NCBI GenBank assembly: GCA_964016885.1
Contig: OZ024741.1
Span: forward strand, 266,600,001 to 266,664,000
DNA length: 64,000 nucleotides
Origin: Eledone cirrhosa
Lineage: Eukaryota
Reading direction: 5' to 3'
Shown: in pieces, positions 29,001 through 43,759 of the stretch
How the letters are laid out: every line of letters starts with the position of its first letter
Numbering within the stretch: position 1 is the stretch's first letter
Notes under the pieces: model-generated
Databases searched by the model: none
Told to the model about the DNA's origin: nothing
Seen by the model: only the letters and a program-made list of their open reading frames with translations
Made by a program: the position numbers and the translations under genes

Positions 29001-30811
29001 AAGTTGGGTGGGTCTTTTCTAGCACAGCTTCCCTTTATTTGTACTCCTTTTGTCACCACCTCTGAGGACCAACATTCTGAGTTAAGCTGTAACCACTTCT
29101 GCCCAGATCTTTCCCTGGTCTTCTTCTTTTGCTTTTTTCTACCTGGTACTCCTTCACGCAATGATTAAACAGAATAATATTTTATTCCTACATTTAGTTG
29201 CAATAAGTTTTGTGGACTGTGTGTGTGTGTGAGGAGAGAGATAGTGAAAGAGGGTTAGACAGGCCACTGTTAGCAGACAACATTGATTTCTGGCATGAAG
29301 GAAAACATTTTAGTACCACCTTTTGCTTTTTTCTGACATTTATGTTCCATGAATTCTGAATAAAGTTTTAGAATGTTTTTGACAGCAAAGTGTTCATATG
29401 ACAGACACACAGAAAGGCTATAGAGTTATGATATAGGTATTGGTTTCAAATTTAATTAACTGTTTGGCTATCATTCATGGTAGTGTTGTTGGCTACTGTT
29501 ATATTGGCACTGGTGGTGATGGTGGCAATGGCAGTATGATATATATTACTTTATGGGGTGGGGGTGGAGAGTTTAATATAAATAATGTCTTTCAGTTGGT
29601 TAGAGAAGTAGTTAAATATCAAACATGTGGCTGTTTGAATATTGTCTCGGTTCGTTATTTTTCTTTCTTATACTACATCTGGTTTCAATATGTGTGTGTG
29701 TGTGTGGGAGGGGGGAGGGGGGGGGGGGGAATTCCTCCTACCCAATTCCACAAAAGTTATTTAAAATTAATAATCTCAGGAAGGAAGTAATTTCAGTTGT
29801 TCTTAATATTCTCTTTTTAAAATCAAGGAATCTCCTCAAATAGTTTGACCTGAAGCAAAATAACTGTCTAGTATTTCGGTGACATTAAAATGTAACATTA
29901 CTTTTATGACCAGTCATAGCTAAAGAATGAGCCTAGTGGTTCTTTTTAAACCTGAATTTATTTTCTATTATGAAAATTAACTCTTTTCATACTAACCCCC
30001 CTGAGACTGCTCTAGTTCTGATACAAAATTGTTGTTTTAACAATGTTCGGATTGAAATTAAAATATTCCATCATGATGTCATGTGAAAAAGTTATTTTCC
30101 AAACCCTGGCATTTAGTTGAAACCATGGCAAACAGATTGAGAGGGCTCTTCAGCCATATGAAGGATATGATAACCAACCTCTCTAGTGCTGGTGCTGTGA
30201 TAAATGCACCCAATACACTCAGTAATGTGGTTGTTAAGGACATCTAGCCATAGAAATCATATCAAAAATGAAGTGCATTGAGCAAGTTGTGGCACCCTGA
30301 CCATGCCACACTCTTGCTATTTGAAGTTACTGCCCCTACCTTACCAGATGGGTTGGGGACCACACTATCCCCTTGCTATTTTGAGTTACTGCTTTCCTAG
30401 ACTTGTTAGGGGGTCATACCACACCATTGTACCTCAAAATAGATATTTTTAAAAAGTGGTTAAGTAACAACAACAAAAAGTGTTTCTACTTGATCAGTCT
30501 CAAATTCATTCAAGAAATTTGCAGCCATTTTTTTTAAACAGTGTGTCTTTTGTTATTTCAGGAAGTTTGACAGCCATGCTTTATCAATTTGCTTCCTTTT
30601 CCACCACTATCTTTGGCACCATTTTAGAGTGGAATCCTTTTTTTTTTTTTCACATTAGTCCCTTGTCCTTTAAGTTCAGCTTTGTGGAATAACTTGAGAG
30701 AAACTACAAGTTTGTTTTATTATATACACACAGATATATATATATATATATATATATAACGCATGTAAATTAAACTATGCTATAGTTAGCAGTGTTTGGC
30801 TTATTTTTCAA

Positions 30812-30886
<75 letters not shown>

Positions 30887-33800
30887 CAAAGGGTATTCTG
30901 TTGTGCTTGTGAAACATTTCTGTGTTGGTTTGTATATAAGATGCTACAAACTGATTATTATAGCTCTAGTGCACCCCACCCCCACCTTCTTTTAACACTT
31001 GTTTGTTATAGTTGAGTTGTCAGGCTCAAGATACAAACTCTGACAATGTTCTTTAAGTTACACATTACCTTTATTTGGGTTTCAGAAAGCTATAAAAATA
31101 GTATTTTTGTGTATGGCATTCAACTGGTAACAACTGAGGTGGGACAGCAGGCTGGAGGACTCTTCAGTGAAGTCAATGCCCTGACAATCTCTCTAATGTT
31201 GGTGCCATGAGAAAATGTACCCAGTATACTCTCTAAAATGGTTGGCATTTGAAAAAGTATCCAACTGCATATACATGCATGACTTATATAATGTACGTGT
31301 GTGTGTGTGTGTGTATGTATGTATATATATATATATGTGTCTCTTTATCATGACCACCACCATTTAACATACATTTTCCATGCTAGCATGGGTTAGAATT
31401 GGTTGTCCCATTGTGAGACAAGTAGGATCTAGTAACTGTCTTGCTCACACAGAACTGTTTCTGGCTTGGTTTCTACAGCTGGATGCCCTTCCCTACACCA
31501 ACCATATTTACAGTATGGACCGGGTGCCTTTTATTGTGGGACCAAAACAATCAACTGACAGGCTGGACTGGGTACTTTTTCATTGTCACCAGCACAAGCA
31601 CCTTACAGTATAGGCTGGGTGCTTTTTGTCATGTCACCAACATGACCTCCTTACAGGTTGGAGCTGGGTTACTACTTCTTGTATAATGTTTCGTGGTTGC
31701 TTTTTCTAATGGGAACCACTTTAGAGAGTCTACTGGGTACATTTTATCATGCACCAACACTAGAGAGGTAATTGACTTGACTGAAGTGTCCTCCAGTCCC
31801 CCTCCCCTTTCACACACACACACACACTCACCCTCCAGTTGTTACCAGTGTACTGCTGTGCATGTTCTGGGGAAATGGCCATAACTGGACCTTAAAACCT
31901 AAGGTAGTACTTTTCTTGTTTTGCATGTGAACACACGCATATGCACGAAAGATCAAGCTTAACCCTTTCTTCACTATATTTTAATGTAATACACTGTCTA
32001 TAATTTTCAAAATAGTCAAATTAGGAGGGATTTAGTAATATAACTAATTCCCTTGTTATCAAGATGATGTTTGGTACATAACTTATCAAAGTTTCTTACA
32101 TGACATTAAAATGGAAGGTTTTTAGATAAATATAATCACCTTAAAACAAACAGTTTGTATGGTAGAACCATAGGTGGTTTCATGCACTTTTGTTGTAAGT
32201 TATTTTGTTCAAGAACTGAATATCCATGGTGTCAGCTGCACCTAGCTACAATAGCTTAGTTTGTTAATATTTTATCTTATCTAAGCAATAGCAGCATCTA
32301 TGTTTTGTACAGCTATAACTATGTATAGTTAGAAATGTACTAGACGAAGGATATTCGGATATAACTGTCTTTCAAGAGAGCTACAATTATACCTATTATC
32401 ACAGACTAGAATAACTTGACTGGTTTTGACTTTCTAAAATATATATCTTAGTATTGTTTGAGTTTAGGGCTACTAAATCTTAGCTCATTTAGCAGCACTA
32501 ACATTGCCATATGCGGTAAATACATATACACTCACCCATATTCACCCACACACACACGCCCATGTGCATATACTCACATCCACACACCTGTAATGCACAT
32601 ACATACTCAAATATTCACACACGCCCACATATATACATCCATAGAGAAAGAGAAGATAAGTTATAGCCATTTCCCTATTACGAGGTACATACTATGTGAT
32701 ATTTTGTCATCATTATGTCTGTTTTTTCCATGTCTACATGACTTAGAAAGGTCTTCTCCAGTACAGCACCACTTCACTTATTTCTTTCTCATATCCTCTC
32801 CTTTTTAAGGTGTAGTTTCTTGAGATCTGCTTTCACCAGCTCTACATGTGTTAGAGAAGTTTTCTCTGCCACATGATCTCTTCACTTGTTACTTGAGATC
32901 AGCCTTTCACCACATCTGCCCAAGTCTTGGTTTTTCTCTTCTATGGTTTATTTCCACTCACAACTCCTGGCACTTCAACCACCTCTCATCCCATGTCTGT
33001 AGTAGTGCAATCTTCTCTCCTATGTAATACATCTACTTTTTCTTATGTCCAGTTTTTCTCAGATAATCCATGCACTACACATACAGCAGATCATGCTGAA
33101 TTTCTTTCTCCAGCTTTTGCATATCCTCTACATTCACAGTCCATGTCTCACTACCATGCAACACTGCACTTCACACAGGCATCATACAATCTACCCTTCA
33201 TGTGTGTGTGGGGCGGGGGGACCTGTCCAACCCATGCAAGTATATAAAAATGGACATAAAACAGCAATGATGATGAAGAACCAGAGCTAGTTTTGAGCTG
33301 GGTTGGTATCAAAACAGCTAAATATGAATTTTTTTTTTAAAAACTTATAGCATAGAAATATGTCTGGAATGCTCAGTCACTTGCATGTTAACTTTGAGTA
33401 GGCAATGCCATTGATCAAACAATTGGAACACTCATTGTTAGAACACTTTTAGTCTTCTCTTCTGGTACACATGGATATCATCATCATCATCACCTTTTTA
33501 TGTCCATTCTTCCACGCTAGCATGGGTTAGACGGGATATAGTGTACCTATTCTAAACTGGATATGCACCAGTTTCTTTACCGTGACAGCAAATAAATACA
33601 CATAGCTAATTATCATATGTAGATTAAAATAAAATATTGATGAAATAAATTGCAAGAACATAATATTGCTCCATCGTTGGACCTATTATTTAGTCTTCTC
33701 TTATATGCAGTCTAATCTGTTGCTATGCTAAGCTGCCTTTCATTAACTAGACTTCTACACATAACATACTCTGACCTAGAAACTATCAGAGGTTTTTATT

Positions 33801-35981
33801 TAGTAGGAAGCAGTAGATTTCTCAGCATTCACTCATTTGTTGGACTAATTCAATAAAAATATTGTGGTGGTGGAGGAGATGGTGCGGGGGGGGGGGGGGG
33901 GGGTTAGCATTGTTAGGTTTTATTAATTTGTATTTTATTGTGTGTGTGTATATATCTATGTGGGTGTGTGTGTGTGTGTATATGTGTGTATGTGTATATA
34001 TATGCGTGTGTGTGTGTATGTATATATATATATATGTGTATATTTGTGTGCGTGTGTGTGCGTGCATGCACACATACACCACTTAACCTCAGTGAAATGC
34101 AACAGAGGACAATTAGTATTATTGACAATGTCACAGTAGTTCACAGCTCTGTCATTAGCCTGAAACATGTCTTTTGTTAGATTATTTATTATTAAAGTTT
34201 GAGCCTCATTTCCCTTCAGTAAAGACAGACAGGATGAGTTAGTTCTAGTGGTAGTTAGTAGTAGAGTTAGTTAGAATAAGCTAGGGGGTATAGTAATGGG
34301 TGTAGTTTAACCCAGTTTGATGACTGTCACTAGTAGATAATTATTAAAGTAGTTACCAGTGTAATGTTAGTTATAGAAGGAGTTAACTTAATTTGATGAG
34401 TGACTCCTGTAAAGCTGGTTATAAAAACCCAGGGCAATTCTATGGCACTATTTTTAACCTAACTACTTGTTTGTCTCTCTGACTACGTCTGACCTCTCCC
34501 TCATGTCTCTAATTGAACAGCTTAGCCTAAAATTATTACAAATATGATTTCCAGGGGAAAAATTGCTCCATGAAACATGTCACTTCATTAAGATTGATAG
34601 AATACATTAAATAAACATTGATATTTGGGTTATATTTTAATCTTTTTAGTAACTAGTACATATTTTTATTATTACAGTAACATCGTGGATTGGCAGTATC
34701 GGTAGAGGGTCGGACGCCATGCTTTGACGCATAGTTACGGCCCTTTACGATCTGAGTTCAAATCCCGCCGAAGTTAACTTTGCCTTTTGTCCTTACAGGG
34801 TCGATAAAATAAAGTACCAGTTATGCACTGGGTAATTGCTGGCCTTGTGCCAAAAGTACCAACAATTATTACAGTAACTAGTACATTATCCATTTATGGA
34901 TGGAACAAGTAATATTTGGTTTCTTCACCCAACTTTAACAAAGCTATGTTTATGGATTTTATATGTGTGTGTGGGGGGGGGGGGGGGCGTGACAACCTCT
35001 CTGGTGCAGGTGATCTATATGGTAAAAGTACACAGTACATGCTGTAAAGAGGTTGGTGTTAGGGACGGCATCCAGCCATGGAAAGCTTGCCAAACAAGGG
35101 GTTAGGAAGACTGCAGTTTGTGTTAAAAGACATGTGCACTCAATAGAATGTATGACCATACGTAAATGAGATGCAGACCCTTTGGCCTGTCCGGGAGGTC
35201 AGTAGCCCCACTTCAGTACTGATTTAGGCTATGCAAACCCCATCTCGCCCTTGCAAGAAGGTAGACATTAAAGAAGGTATATATATAAATACATGTTATC
35301 AATTAAGCTACATATGGAACTGCTCTACAACTAAGATCATGTGTGGAAATTAGCCTTGAAGCATATCATATCGATTCACTCATAGCACTACAGTATCCAT
35401 GTGAAAACAATCAGGTGTATAATGACAAAACAAACAAAAAAACAGGAATTCCAACAGTTTAATAAAACCAGAGTTAAGATACAGAATTTTCTTCATCTGG
35501 ACCAGAATACTTTGGTTTGGAGACCTGAAAAACTTTTCAACCACAATTATTGAAAATTTATTGTTGGCAAACCATGAATGTAGGGATCTTATCAACAGGT
35601 CTTCCTACCAAGTTAAACATCGCCATCTTACAGAGAGGCAACAGTATCATTGCTCCCTATACTTATGTGGTTGGCATTAGGAAGGGCATCCAGCCGTAGA
35701 AACCTAGCCAGAAACAGTTCTGTATGAACAAGACACAGTCACCTGATCCAATATATTTTTGTTTTACATGTGTTTCAATTAATGAAATGTGAAGAATATG
35801 GTAAACGAAAGAATTTAAGCTACATTAAAGCACATATGAGTAAATCCATATGCTTAGATACTGATTTTAGATATTTTCTGTTAAATCCATCAATACATAA
35901 TGTTAAGAGGAAAACTTTGCTGTATATATTGTTATCTTATAATCTATTGTTATTGATCTTTAATTTTTATTTTATTTTCAG

Positions 35982-36212
35982 GCCCGCATCAACCAAGAAC
36001 AAGAGCATTTTCTTCTGAATCCATTTGGCCTATTGTTTGCTGAAATAACCGCTTCCTCTTTGGTGAAAGTGGACATGCAAGGCGAGATTGTAGACAGTGG
36101 TTCTACATGTTTGGGCATCAATAAAGCTGGGTTTATGCTTCATTCTGCCATCCATCAAGCAAGACCAGACATTCGATGTATTATCCATCTACACACACCA
36201 CACGCAGTTGCG
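35982..36212 (+). CDS. hts: Adducin/hts coding exon C (231 nt; class II aldolase-like fold, HxH motif)
   Basis: tttattttcAG|GCC acceptor, GCG|GTATGT donor. ARINQEQEHFLLNPFGLLFAEITASSLVKVDMQGEIVDSG...GFMLHSAIHQARPDIRCIIHLHTPHAVA. Confidence 0.97.
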
Positions 36213-38511
36213 GTATGTTGTTGCACCTAGTGATGGGGCTTTCTCGCTCAAATTTTATTAATTTTTTGGGGTGAATTGACAGAATCGTTAGAGCATCAGA
36301 CAAATATTTAGCAATATTTGTTTCAGTTCTTTGTTCTGAGTTCAGATCCAGATGAGGTCAGCTTTGCTTTTCATCCTTCCATGGTCGATAAAATAAACTA
36401 CAGTAGAGAACTGGGGGCTTACCTGATGCCCTCAAATTACTGGCCTTGTGCCTAAAGTAGAAACAATTTTCTTTTTCTTTTTATTGGTTTGTCATTAGAC
36501 TGGGGTCATGTTGAGGCACCTTTTAAGAGGTTCATTTGACCACATTAACTGACTCCAGTACCTAATTATTCAAGTGGGAAGGGCGTATGAAAGCATAAAA
36601 ATTCTTTATGTACAATAAACATATATCTTGCTATGAAAGTTTTAAGCATTGATATTTTTTTTATTCTGTTACATATATCATAGCCAGCGAGTTGGCAAAG
36701 TTGTTGGAACGTCGGATAGAATGCTTTGCAGTATTTGTTTTGGCTATCTGCTGTCTGAGTTCAAATCCCACCACAGTCAACTTTGCCTTTTATCCATTCA
36801 AGGTCGATAAAAATACCAGTCTAGTACTGGAGTCGATTCTTCCTCTATATCTCTTTCTTACTTTCATTCTCTCACTTTCTGTCCTTCTTTAGAAGAAATC
36901 TGCTCTATTCAGACTTGGGGAGGAGATCGGCTCCACCCAATTTTTAAAAGAGCCCTAGAAATGGCATATGTCAATACAGCGCCCCTAGAACTCCCTCAGG
37001 AGTTACGGGTCTATACATACCTATTTGATCAATCTCTTTGCCAAACTGCTAAGTTAAGGACGTAAACATAGACACACATGTAGGCACATACAAGGTGAAC
37101 CGAGCCATTTGAGAGTATTGTTGTGGCCATAGATGTAAATGGCAGTAATAGGATAATTACTACTAACCTCTCAGCTATTTATCCAGAATTTTAACAACAG
37201 TTTGGCTATCTGCACTTTATAGGTCAACTACTACATAACTTCACACAGAGAACACCCTTGTTGTTTCTTGATTCTGAAAGCAGTAATTTGTATTAAAATG
37301 AAATCTTAGTCTTGTGGTATCAGTTTAGCCAGTGTGTGTTTCCAGTTTAAAATATGTATATTTGTGTCCCTACATGTTCTAAGAGGTGACCAAGATAGTT
37401 GGCTACAGAAAGGAACATTCTGGTATAAAACATTGCCTAAAAAAATATCTCCTTCAGACCTGTTATGGATCCTCGCAGGCTAAACCCTGCATTAGCAAGG
37501 AAAATGTTCTTTAATGGCTTGTATTTTATTATAAATAATTCCCATGTAGAATTTTGGTTTAGGATAGCGTATTATTATTAAAAGCTGTCTATTATAACAG
37601 TTATATATTGTATCTAGTTTTAAATAGATATACTGCACCTCTGTGATGTAAGAGGTGACTGATAGGGTTGGTGCCAAGAAAGGACATCCTGGTTTAAAAC
37701 ATTGCCTTAAAAAAGGCCCTGTGATAAGTATGAAGTCTGTCATGGGACCTTTCTGGTTAAATAAACCCTGCTTCAGCAAGGAAAATGATCTTAAAATGCT
37801 TGTTGTTCTACTGTGTAACAACTTGAGAGACAACACACTTGTTGATTGACTATAAAAGCTGTTGTCTCTGTTATAAAGAAAGCTTATAGTGTTTTAGTAA
37901 CAGCTAAACTAATGCAGTATTGTGTATAAATATAATTTTGTATTCACACGTAAAGATTCGTCTGTGGCCATCAAGAAATTCTGCACCAATCTAAAATGTC
38001 AGCTTTTAATGAAATCACCAGAGAATTTAGCTAGAATTATGTATGCCAAAGATAAGCAATTTACTAATTTTATAACAAATATTTTAAATGGCAAATGGCA
38101 GTGGCTTTTCTATTGTGTGTGTTTATGTATGTGTCTGTTGGATGTCTGTATGTGCAATGTATAGTTATGTCTATATACATGTCTGTAATAGATGTTGGTT
38201 GTTAAATGGTTGTGTGTGTAGTGTTGTATAGACATTTTTATATACTTGCTTATATTACATGTAAGTTGTTAAATGCTTGCGTGTGTGTGTTTGTGTGTGT
38301 AGGATATATTAGGGGTAACAAATTTCTTCTCTCATTAAACTCCTTCACCAAACTACAACACCACTACTACTATTGTCAGTCAGTTTTCAAATCTAGACAC
38401 TTTTGTTTGTAAGCTTCTCAATCTCTAGAATCTGCAACAATAGAAGAGTTAATTGCTGCATCAGGAATTATAACTGTGTTTATCTGATATCCAATATTAG
38501 ATGTTCAGTTA

Positions 38512-38792
38512 AAGTCTGTCCCAAGCTTAGAGCCTCATCAGGCCAAGGCTTATCCTGGTTTCTTTGGTGTTAAGTGACTGAGAGTACATGACTTCCGCCT
38601 GGACAGAACAACAGTCTATCACAGCCCAGCCCCCCCCCCCCCCCCCCCCAGCTACACTTGGTGTGTATTAATAACTGAGTTGGCTGGAGCAGTGTGAAAT
38701 GAAGTATTTTGCTCGAGAACACAATGTGCCACACAGTACAGGTGATGATCATAAAGCCCAACACTCTAACCACTAGGCCACGTGCTTTCACT
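38512..38792 (-). mobile_element. tRNA-derived SINE, ~80 nt upstream of exon D
   Basis: Minus strand reads GTGGCCTAGTGGTTAGAG...CTCGAGCAAAATACTTCATTTCACACTGCTCCAG...GAAACCAGGATAAGCC...CTGATGAG; head homologous to 8041 and 42113. Confidence 0.75.
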
Positions 38793-38872
38793 AAAACGAA
38801 CTACTTTTGATGTCTCGGCTCTCTATTTTCACATTTATTTCCCTGAACTTGTTTGTTCATCTTTCTTTGTAG

Positions 38873-39016
38873 GTTTCTGCTATGAAATGTGGCCTGTTGC
38901 CACTGTCTCAGGAGTCGCTTATCTGTGGAACAATCAGTTACCATGAGTACAATGGTATTCTTTTGGACCAAGAGGAGAAAGAGAAGCTGGCTAGAAGTTT
39001 AGGCCCAACCAACAAG
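38873..39016 (+). CDS. hts: Adducin/hts coding exon D (144 nt)
   Basis: ctttgtAG|GTT acceptor, AAG|GTTTGT donor. [48 protein letters not shown]. Confidence 0.97.
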
Positions 39017-39699
39017 GTTTGTATATTTTCAATGTTATCTCTTTTTCTATGTAAGACATTTACAAAATTTAAATTAAGCTTAGTTTTTCTTCATGCATCA
39101 ATTGGAAGGTGGTAGTGAGCTGACTAAATTAGCCATGTTGGAGAACCCCCCCAACTGTTGCCATTGAAATGCACACCCTCTTTCCCTTCCAGGTACAGAA
39201 AACTGTTTTGTTACTGTATTTCTTAATGAAAGACACTGCTAATAATTTACAAATCATTTTGAAAATAACCATGAATTTAAAAAGACAATATAACTAACTT
39301 TCTCATTATTAAGATGGTGTTTGGAACATAACAAAGTTCCTTACATGAAATTGTGGTGGGATGCTTTTAGATAAATTCAAACACTTTAAAAATGAACAGC
39401 TTTGTATTGTATTGGAGCAGTTTCAGGCAGCTTGAGATGAGAAGGGTTAAGTTTTGAAACATTCCTGAAAATAACTCTTGTTGAAGTTCAGCTGAAATTA
39501 TGTATGAAGATGATAAATACATAACAAAGATTCTGGAAACTTTCCCAAAACCAGTTAAGAATTAACAAAGAATTAGTTTTAAAAAGATATGTAATCAGTA
39601 GTTACAATAGTTATTATTTGGATTACAGTTTATTTTAGAGAAGGTGGGCAAGAAAGTTCCAGAGGATCTACAGAGTATTGCCAAGAGAAAGGAAGTCAA

Positions 39700-39865
39700 T
39701 AAATTGCAAAAGATTGTGGGAATAGAGCTAGGGTTGAATTGAATGAGATGGTTGGGTCATGTGTTAAGGAAGGATGAAAGTAACTGGATGAGAGGAGTGA
39801 TGGAAATGAATGTGGAAGGAAGTAGAAGAACGGGAAAACCAAGAAAGACATGGCTAAAGATGGAG
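39700..39865 (+). mobile_element. Degenerate RTE-type LINE C-terminal fragment
   Basis: Translates MRWLGHVLRKDESNWMRGVMEMNVEGSRRTGKPRKTW. Confidence 0.8.
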
Positions 39866-42076
39866 AAGGGAATGAAAACCTTCCATTATAATTTTATGTA
39901 AGAACTTTTAAATTATGTTCCAGAAATGTTTTATTCTTTTCTAAAATATTAAAAAATTATATGGCAGTGTGTTTCATTAGAAATATGGCAACAAAGGGTT
40001 AACCCCCCTCCCCCTCCTTTAGAGCTGGTATATAATATATTTCTTAATTGCTTTAATTTTCATTAGTGAAAGTCTAATGGTATAGGATTTGATAGCTTGC
40101 CTGTTGCCATAAATGGTAAAAAGGTTACTTCAACCTTTACTGTAATTTCTCTTCAACAGTTACTTCTATTTAATCAGGAGAGTAGTTTGGAAAGTTGCCA
40201 TTTAATAATTTTGTGCATGTGTACACCTAATAATTTTAATAGATATTATTTATTTTACAAAAATATTTGGCCAGTCTACAGTTTTTCTTCTTTATTATCT
40301 TGAGTTAATTTTTTGGTGATTTCTTGTTTTTAAAGCTTTGTGTTACCTTTTCTTCACGTATTGATATAAGCTAGAATATATGAAAATATATGATTAAGTA
40401 TTACTGAAAAATATATCTGTAGATTCAAGACTTCAATAAAATACATTCATTTACATGAGAAAATATTTTGGAATGAATGTGAATAGTTGATAGCTTCAAT
40501 TCTCTATATGGTATTACCCCTACCTATTGTTTTAGTGTAGTAGATATAATTAACCCTTTTATGACTGTTTCATTAGAAATACACTATTTTTATTAATTAA
40601 TGAAGAATAGCTCTGATTAAGAACTGATTTGGTCTGTGATGACCTGTCCAACTTATGCCAACATGGATGGGACAGGATGTAGAATGATGACAATGATGAG
40701 AATGGACAATTACAAATTGTTTCATTATTAAGATTGTATTTGTAACATAGCCAATGATTCTTATATCAAATTAGGTTGGAAGGTTTAAATTAGGGAAACG
40801 TTTAAAACTGATAATTTGTCTAGGTAGATCATCATTATAAAGATTTTTTGTCCCTTTCTATGCTGAAATGGGATGTTCAGGTTGTCTCAGTCCAAGAGAA
40901 CCAATTCCTGTTCATCTGTCCCATATTTTGGTATAGTTTCAACTGCTAACACTATCCACATTACAGAGTGTCATCATCATCATCGTCGTTTAACATCCAT
41001 CTTTCATGATATTATGGGTTAGACAAGTTGTCCCATTTGAGACAAGTCCGGTCAGGTGACCATGTCTTGCTCATACAGAACTGTTTCTGGCTTGGTTTCT
41101 ATGGCTGGATGCATTTCCTAAGCATGGACTGGGTGTTTTTTGTCATGACACACACACAGCCACTTTACATTGTGGACTGGGTGCTTTTTATCATGGCACC
41201 AAAACAACCACTTTACAGTGTGGGCTGGGCACTTTTTGTCGTGATGACAACGTGACCACTTTACAGTGTGGACTAGGATTGTAACAGCAGCACTAGAGAG
41301 GTTGCCATCTGCTTGGCAAGGCCGATAAGGTGCCCACTTTACAAAGTGTATTGGGTGTATTTTATTGACAGCAGAACTAGAAAGGTTGTCATGTGTTTGA
41401 CAAGGCTGATAAAGTATCAATCCAAAGGCAGTGGATTGTCAGAATTGTTAGAAGCATCACACTTGTTGTATCTGTCTCAGCTTTGTATATGCCGAGTTCA
41501 AATCCAGCCTCCTCTCACTGGAAAAGTAGATGTGACCAACAGAGTATCATTGTTGGATATACCAATGGAAACAGTTTTCCTAGTCCAATCTAAAAAAATG
41601 GACTTTTTCCTTTGTAAGACATTCAGTTCCTCATCAGCATTCATTTAGTCACAGTGTGACAATGTTTATTATACATAAACACATGGTATTTGGATTAATA
41701 TACACTTTTATTGTGAACCATGCTGTGTCAGTGCTATTAATTAATACTAAGTCAGTCAGTCAAGTTTGCACTATATGTAAATAAAACTTTCAACAAGAAT
41801 AGTTTGTTTATAAAATCTATAAGATGATATTCCTGTCTAACACCATTGTCTGAGCATAAGTGAATGGTGAACATGAATAACAGTTTTGAAATACATATAT
41901 ACACCACTTGTAGCTCAATATACTGAGCTAGCTGTGATATGATCACAGCTTAAAATACTCAGACTAAATGTATGTTTTGTTATACATCAACATATTGTAT
42001 AATGGGTCTAGTATATCTTAACAATTGAAACTTAACAAACTTCTTTATTAAACCCTTACTAATAATACTAAATGCA

Positions 42077-42111
<35 letters not shown>

Positions 42112-42112
42112 A

Positions 42113-42430
42113 GAGGGCGCCTGGCTTTGTGGTTAAGGTATTCAGCTGACAATAATAAGGTTGTGGGTTTGATTCCCGGTGGCGTGTTCTGTCCTTGAGC
42201 AAGACACTTTATTTCATGTTGCTCCACTCTGCTGGTAAAAATGTGTTGTACCTGTAATTCGAAAGACCAGCGTTGGCACATTCTGTGTCGCGCTGAATCT
42301 CCCAGAGAACTACGTTAAAGATACGCATGTCTGTGGAATGCTCAGCCACTTGCATGTTAATTTCACGAGCAGGCTATTCTGTTGATTGGATCAATTGAAA
42401 CACTTGGCATCAGAACCGATGGAGTGCCAT
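42113..42430 (+). mobile_element. Near full-length tRNA-derived SINE
   Basis: Box A/B-like head, CCTTGAGCAAGACACTTTATTTCA core, tail GAATCTCCCAGAGAACTACGTTAA...GCTCAGCCACTTGCA, with pieces also at ~840-1150, ~19540-19650, ~3400-3450 and ~33360. Confidence 0.8.
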
Positions 42431-42641
42431 TAAAATGTTTGTGTGTGTGTGTATATATATGTATATATATGTATATGTGTATATATATGTATATATATGT
42501 ATATGTGTATATATATGTATATATATGTATATGTGTATATATATGTATATATATGTATATGTGTATATATATGTATATATATGTATATGTGTATATATAT
42601 GTATATGTGTATATATATGTATATGTGTATATATATGTATA

Positions 42642-43049
42642 GTAAAGTTATGTTGGTCCCACAACATCCAGGCCGAAACAAATGAGATCGTGTAGGTGTC
42701 ACGACAAAAAAAACACAGTCCACGCTGTAAATGTGGCCGTGTAGGCAACACGGTAAAAACCTCCCAGCCCCACACTGTAAATGTGGTTGGTGTTAGGAAG
42801 GGCATCCAGCTGTAGAAAACCCGCCAGACAGTCCACGCTGTAATGTGGCCGTGTAGGCAACACAGTAAAAACCTCCCAGTCCCACACTGTAAATGTGGTT
42901 GGTGTTAGGAAGGGCATCCAACTGTAGAAAACCCGCAAGACAGTCCTATGCGAGCAAGACAACCACTCTTGCCTCAAGTGGGAAAACCCCCGTCCAAACC
43001 CATGCAAGCGTGGAACACGGACGCTAAACCTGATGATGATGATGATGAT
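42642..43049 (+). mobile_element. RTE LINE 3' UTR insertion with an internal ~112-bp tandem duplication
   Basis: Near-identical to 48155-48456; ends in (GAT)n. Confidence 0.9.
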
Positions 43050-43126
43050 ATGTGTATATGTGTATATGTGTATATGTGTATATGTGTGTATGTGTATATA
43101 TATGTGTATGTGTATATATATGTGTA

Positions 43127-43175
<49 letters not shown>

Positions 43176-43664
43176 GTGTATATGTGTATATATATGTATG
43201 TGTATGTATATGTATATATATGTATATGTGTATATATATGTATATGTGTATATATATGTATATGTGTATATATATGTATATGTGTATATATATATATATG
43301 TGTATATATATATATATATGTGTATATATATATATATATGTGTATATATATATATATATATGTGTATATATATATATATATGTGTATATATATATATATA
43401 TGTGTATATATATATATGTGTATATATATATATATATGTGTATATATATATATATGTGTATATATATATATATATGTGTATATATATATATGTGTGTATA
43501 TATATATATATGTGTGTATATATATATATATATGTGTGTATATATATATATATATATGTGTATATATATATATATATATGTGTATATATATATATATATA
43601 TGTGTGTATATATATATATATATATGTGTGTATATATATATATATATATGTGTATATATATGTG

Positions 43665-43759
<95 letters not shown>

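Noticed and set aside
37380-37800. Two ~140-bp direct repeats and the ORFs at 37492-37849
   Set aside because: They look like decayed LINE-tail-type repeats; the ORFs have no recognisable protein features.
38520-38570. CTGATGAG and GAAAC on the minus strand (similar weak motifs near 7290-7320 and 62150-62185) as a possible hammerhead ribozyme
   Set aside because: I could not build stems I-III or an NUH cleavage site in the required order.
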